Shown here: piece after piece, positions 38,533-40,858 of the stretch
Layout: every line of letters starts with the position of its first letter
Numbering within the stretch: the first letter of the stretch is position 1
Assembly (NCBI GenBank): GCA_945859975.1
Contig: CAMAPH010000025.1
Coordinates: 1 to 40,858, forward strand
From: Chthonomonas calidirosea
GTDB taxonomy: Bacteria; Armatimonadota; Fimbriimonadia; Fimbriimonadales; Fimbriimonadaceae
Reading direction: 5' to 3'
DNA length: 40,858 nucleotides
Notes under the pieces: generated by a model
What the model saw: the letters and a program-made list of their open reading frames with translations, nothing else
What the model was told of the DNA's origin: nothing
Database searches by the model: none
Program-made: the position numbers and the translations under genes

Positions 38533-39468
38533 TCAAGAGAAGCCTCCAAAGGCGGTCTGCCAAAGCCCGTAGCCAACGTTGTATCGGCCGCGAACCCCGT
38601 AATAGAACCGATCTCGCATGAAGGCGCTCTCGGCCCCCGAACTCTGATCGAGCGCATCGAACTCGACCGGAACGTCGCTTCGCTGCTGCAAAATCATGCT
38701 CCGAATCGGCCGCGAGCTATCCAGCAAGAACCAGTGGTTCGCCGATGCTCCGTTCAGGAACGGCGAAACCACCACGTTCAGCCGACCCTGCAGCATGTTC
38801 TTGTATGGCGTACTCGCCGCAGTATCGACCACGTTGCCCGCGTACACCACGACCGGGCTTTCCACCAGTTCCATCGCCGTCCACTGCAATGCCGGTCCGA
38901 CCAGCAGCGTGTCTGGCATCGTTCCAAGCGGAACTCCCGCATCGTCCGGAACGAGCATCATCGCGCTGATCCCCGCCGTAATCGCCTCCGCGCTCAGCGC
39001 CGCCGCTGAGCGATTGCTCACGGCGGCACCGTTGACCGGGTGCGATGAACTGAAGAAAGAAACGCCATCGTGCCCGAGCGCCGTCGCGCCCGCCACGAGT
39101 CCTTGCACCACCAACTGGTGCCGGTGCGCCGCCACTCGCGTAGCCAAGTCCCGGACCCGCAGCCGAATCAGGTCGAGCTGGTCGTCCTCAATCGCTTTGC
39201 GATCCACCGCAATCGTTGCTTCAAAGGTCTTGTCCTCGATGCTCGTCGCGAAGGCGCTTAGTCCTTGCGGTGTGCGCTCGTCCAGAAACTCGCGCATCGC
39301 CGGCGGAGAACCAAGCCACGCGTACTTCTGCACCGGTTGGGTGGTGTTAATCACCGTCGCCAATCGCTCGGCAACGCTGTTGTCCATCACGTTTTGGTAA
39401 GCCGCCGCAAACTCCGCACGGAGTCCAGGCAGCAAAAGGGTCGGAATGTCAGATCGGGTTAATGCCAT
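38533..39468 (-). CDS. Mu-like major capsid protein (gpT family)
   Basis: YAWLGSPPAMREF, FEATIAVDRKAIEDDQL, DGVSFFSSSHP, PDTLLVGPAL, WFLLD, YGVRGRYNVGYGLWQTA. Confidence 0.92.
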   Translation of the reverse strand: MALTRSDIPTLLLPGLRAEFAAAYQNVMDNSVAERLATVINTTQPVQKYAWLGSPPAMREFLDERTPQGLSAFATSIEDKTFEATIAVDRKAIEDDQLDLIRLRVRDLATRVAAHRHQLVVQGLVAGATALGHDGVSFFSSSHPVNGAAVSNRSAAALSAEAITAGISAMMLVPDDAGVPLGTMPDTLLVGPALQWTAMELVESPVVVYAGNVVDTAASTPYKNMLQGRLNVVVSPFLNGASANHWFLLDSSRPIRSMILQQRSDVPVEFDALDQSSGAESAFMRDRFYYGVRGRYNVGYGLWQTAFGGFS

Positions 39469-39473
39469 AGGGT

Positions 39474-39914
39474 TTACGAAACGTGGTTGTCGATCCGAAC
39501 GCGCACTCCTGCCACGCCGGTAGAGGTCATCTCAAGGCCAACAATGCGGCCGATCTTGTAGTTGTTGGTAAGCCCAGAAGTCGAAACCTGAACCTCCCAA
39601 TCCGTGTTTGCGTACACCTCGGCACCAAGGTTGGCGAGCGTCGGTGTAAAGCCCGAGGCGGCTTTGAAAACGAACGAGCCCGACTTAGCGGCGTTCAGTT
39701 TCTTCGCCCCGGCTTCTCCGGCCGAGTTGTCCGCCGATTCCGTCGCGACGCCAACGAACTTCAGGTTCGCCGTGCCGTGGGCCATAGCGACCGCGTGGCC
39801 GTCGGAGTTCAGCCCCAGCAGGGCTCCATTGTAGATCGCGGCGTTAGTCACCGCGTAGCCGATGATGAGTCCCGGCTTTTCGTATGTTTCGAATGGTTTT
39901 GCAAGTGCAGGCAT
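39474..39914 (-). CDS. Putative capsid decoration/cement protein
   Basis: IYNGALLGL..G.A, FVGVA.ESADNS.G..G, GAEVYA; located between protease and capsid genes as in Mu-like heads. Confidence 0.7.
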   Translation of the reverse strand: MPALAKPFETYEKPGLIIGYAVTNAAIYNGALLGLNSDGHAVAMAHGTANLKFVGVATESADNSAGEAGAKKLNAAKSGSFVFKAASGFTPTLANLGAEVYANTDWEVQVSTSGLTNNYKIGRIVGLEMTSTGVAGVRVRIDNHVS

Positions 39915-39919
39915 AAGGT

Positions 39920-40690
39920 TTATCGCTGTTGAGCAATCGCGCTCAGGGAAACGTCAGGGAAGTGGCGGCGATAGAATTCCGCTTCTTCCGGAAGCAAAAG
40001 GTGGTTGGAGAAGTCAGCCTTTTCCGGCACGAGTTGCTTGGTGAAGTCTCGGCTCGGCATCTGCTGAATCAGCTCCTGCGCCAGCAAGCGAATCGGAACG
40101 GACTTGCCGTCCACATCCATCACTTCGCGGCTGCGAAAAAGCGCCGTCGCGGCGGCCCGCTGGCAAGGCAGCAGGCGACCCTCTTTGATAAAGCGGTCAG
40201 CTTCAACCTTCGCCAGCTGGTTCTCCCGCTCGTTTCGAAGTGCTTCATAAGCCATCCGAAAGTCGATCGGATCAATCGTCGTCGCCTCAAACCGAATGAG
40301 GTCGTCGTGAAACAGCCGCGCCGAGGCAACGCGGGGATTTCGCACCACCGAAACCTCACGAATCGCGGTGAGATCTTGCGAAATCCCGAGCGAAAGCGCC
40401 CCGGCTCCCGATTTGTCAATGAGCGCGTTAGCCTCTGGCGAAAGCGAGAGCACGCCGAAAAGCTCGTTCTCCACCGCCTCGACCTCAATGAGAAATCCAA
40501 GCTGAAGCGGAGATTCCGCGTGCTCCACCAAAACGGGAACCGGATCGCTGAATCCGTTCGCCAGCGCCTGCAAGGTTTCCGGCGCAACCGTCACCCCTTT
40601 GTCTGGGTAGTCGCCCGCCTCGAAAAGTTTCGCCCGGCGCCGCACCCAGTCGGCCCCTGGTCCTTTGTCAAGAAAATCAATTGACTGCAT
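39920..40690 (-). CDS. Putative prohead protease/scaffold protein (Mu gpI-like)
   Basis: N-terminal VPVLVEH...LGF, SLGI, EVSVVRNPRV followed by a helical C-terminus (IKEGRLLPCQR); first gene of the head operon. Confidence 0.75.
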   Translation of the reverse strand: MQSIDFLDKGPGADWVRRRAKLFEAGDYPDKGVTVAPETLQALANGFSDPVPVLVEHAESPLQLGFLIEVEAVENELFGVLSLSPEANALIDKSGAGALSLGISQDLTAIREVSVVRNPRVASARLFHDDLIRFEATTIDPIDFRMAYEALRNERENQLAKVEADRFIKEGRLLPCQRAAATALFRSREVMDVDGKSVPIRLLAQELIQQMPSRDFTKQLVPEKADFSNHLLLPEEAEFYRRHFPDVSLSAIAQQR

Positions 40691-40726
40691 AGTCAAAGAA
40701 TAGTAGACAAAGTTCTACTAAGTCAA
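40681..40726 (-). promoter_or_regulatory. Sigma70-like promoter with palindromic operator candidates for the capsid operon
   Basis: TTGACT(40726-21)-N18-TATTCT(40702-697)-6 nt-ATG(40690); TAGTAGA-N6-TCTACTA (40701-40720) and TTGACT-GCAT-AGTCAA (40681-40696). Confidence 0.65.
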
Positions 40727-40858
40727 CCATGAAAATCGAGAAAATTTCCGAATCGTTATCCAGGGGCCCAAAAGTCTTTTCGGTTAGGGAAGAGTTCTGT
40801 CCCGACAGACACCGCCATGATGACTTCGGCAAGACAGCTGAGCGTTTCTGCCTTCACG

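Noticed and set aside
40701..40720. LexA/SOS box at the capsid promoter
   Set aside because: Does not match GAAC-N4-GTTC, CTGT-N8-ACAG or GTTC-N7-GTTC; regulator left unassigned.
9880..40858. Single intact prophage spanning tRNA-Thr to the capsid genes
   Set aside because: The interval is filled with housekeeping genes; no integrase and no second copy of the tRNA 3' end (att repeat) was found in the window.
40729..40858. Divergent ORF starting at ATG 40729 (possible regulator)
   Set aside because: Runs off the window after 43 codons with no recognisable domain; cannot be called.
1..40858. CRISPR array, IS elements, rRNA
   Set aside because: No regularly spaced repeats, transposase motifs or rRNA-like sequence were seen.

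Overview
Bacterial chromosome segment of moderately high GC. The gene repertoire (DUF1553/DUF1501 pair, prepilin/H-X9-DG-type protein, many leaderless-looking genes) suggests Armatimonadota or a similar lineage; this is an inference only. Left end: a DUF1553-DUF1501 pair, then a 5.4-kb three-gene cassette (FG-GAP/ASPIC-UnbV protein, redoxin-heme-Cu-monooxygenase-like fusion, sulfatase) bracketed by a ~210-bp direct repeat of the DUF1501 3' end, then a HEPN gene pair and tRNA-Thr(UGU). Middle: mostly housekeeping genes (fbaA, surE, accB, hom, trpS, lysA, dxr, rseP). The most notable signal is an apparently intact Mu-like phage HEAD system split into two small modules about 24.5 kb apart among core genes: terminase large subunit + DUF935 portal (10.9-13.3 kb), and protease/scaffold + decoration + gpT-like major capsid + adaptor + closure protein (37.8-40.7 kb). 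No integrase, repressor, replication, lysis, tail or small-terminase gene is recognisable in the window, which makes it a candidate domesticated gene-transfer-agent-like or tail-less capsid system. Also present: a structured RNA leader before an ankyrin gene, two small ORFs absent from the ORF track, and many -10 boxes 5-8 nt upstream of start codons. All calls rest on motif recognition by eye; no database searches were run.
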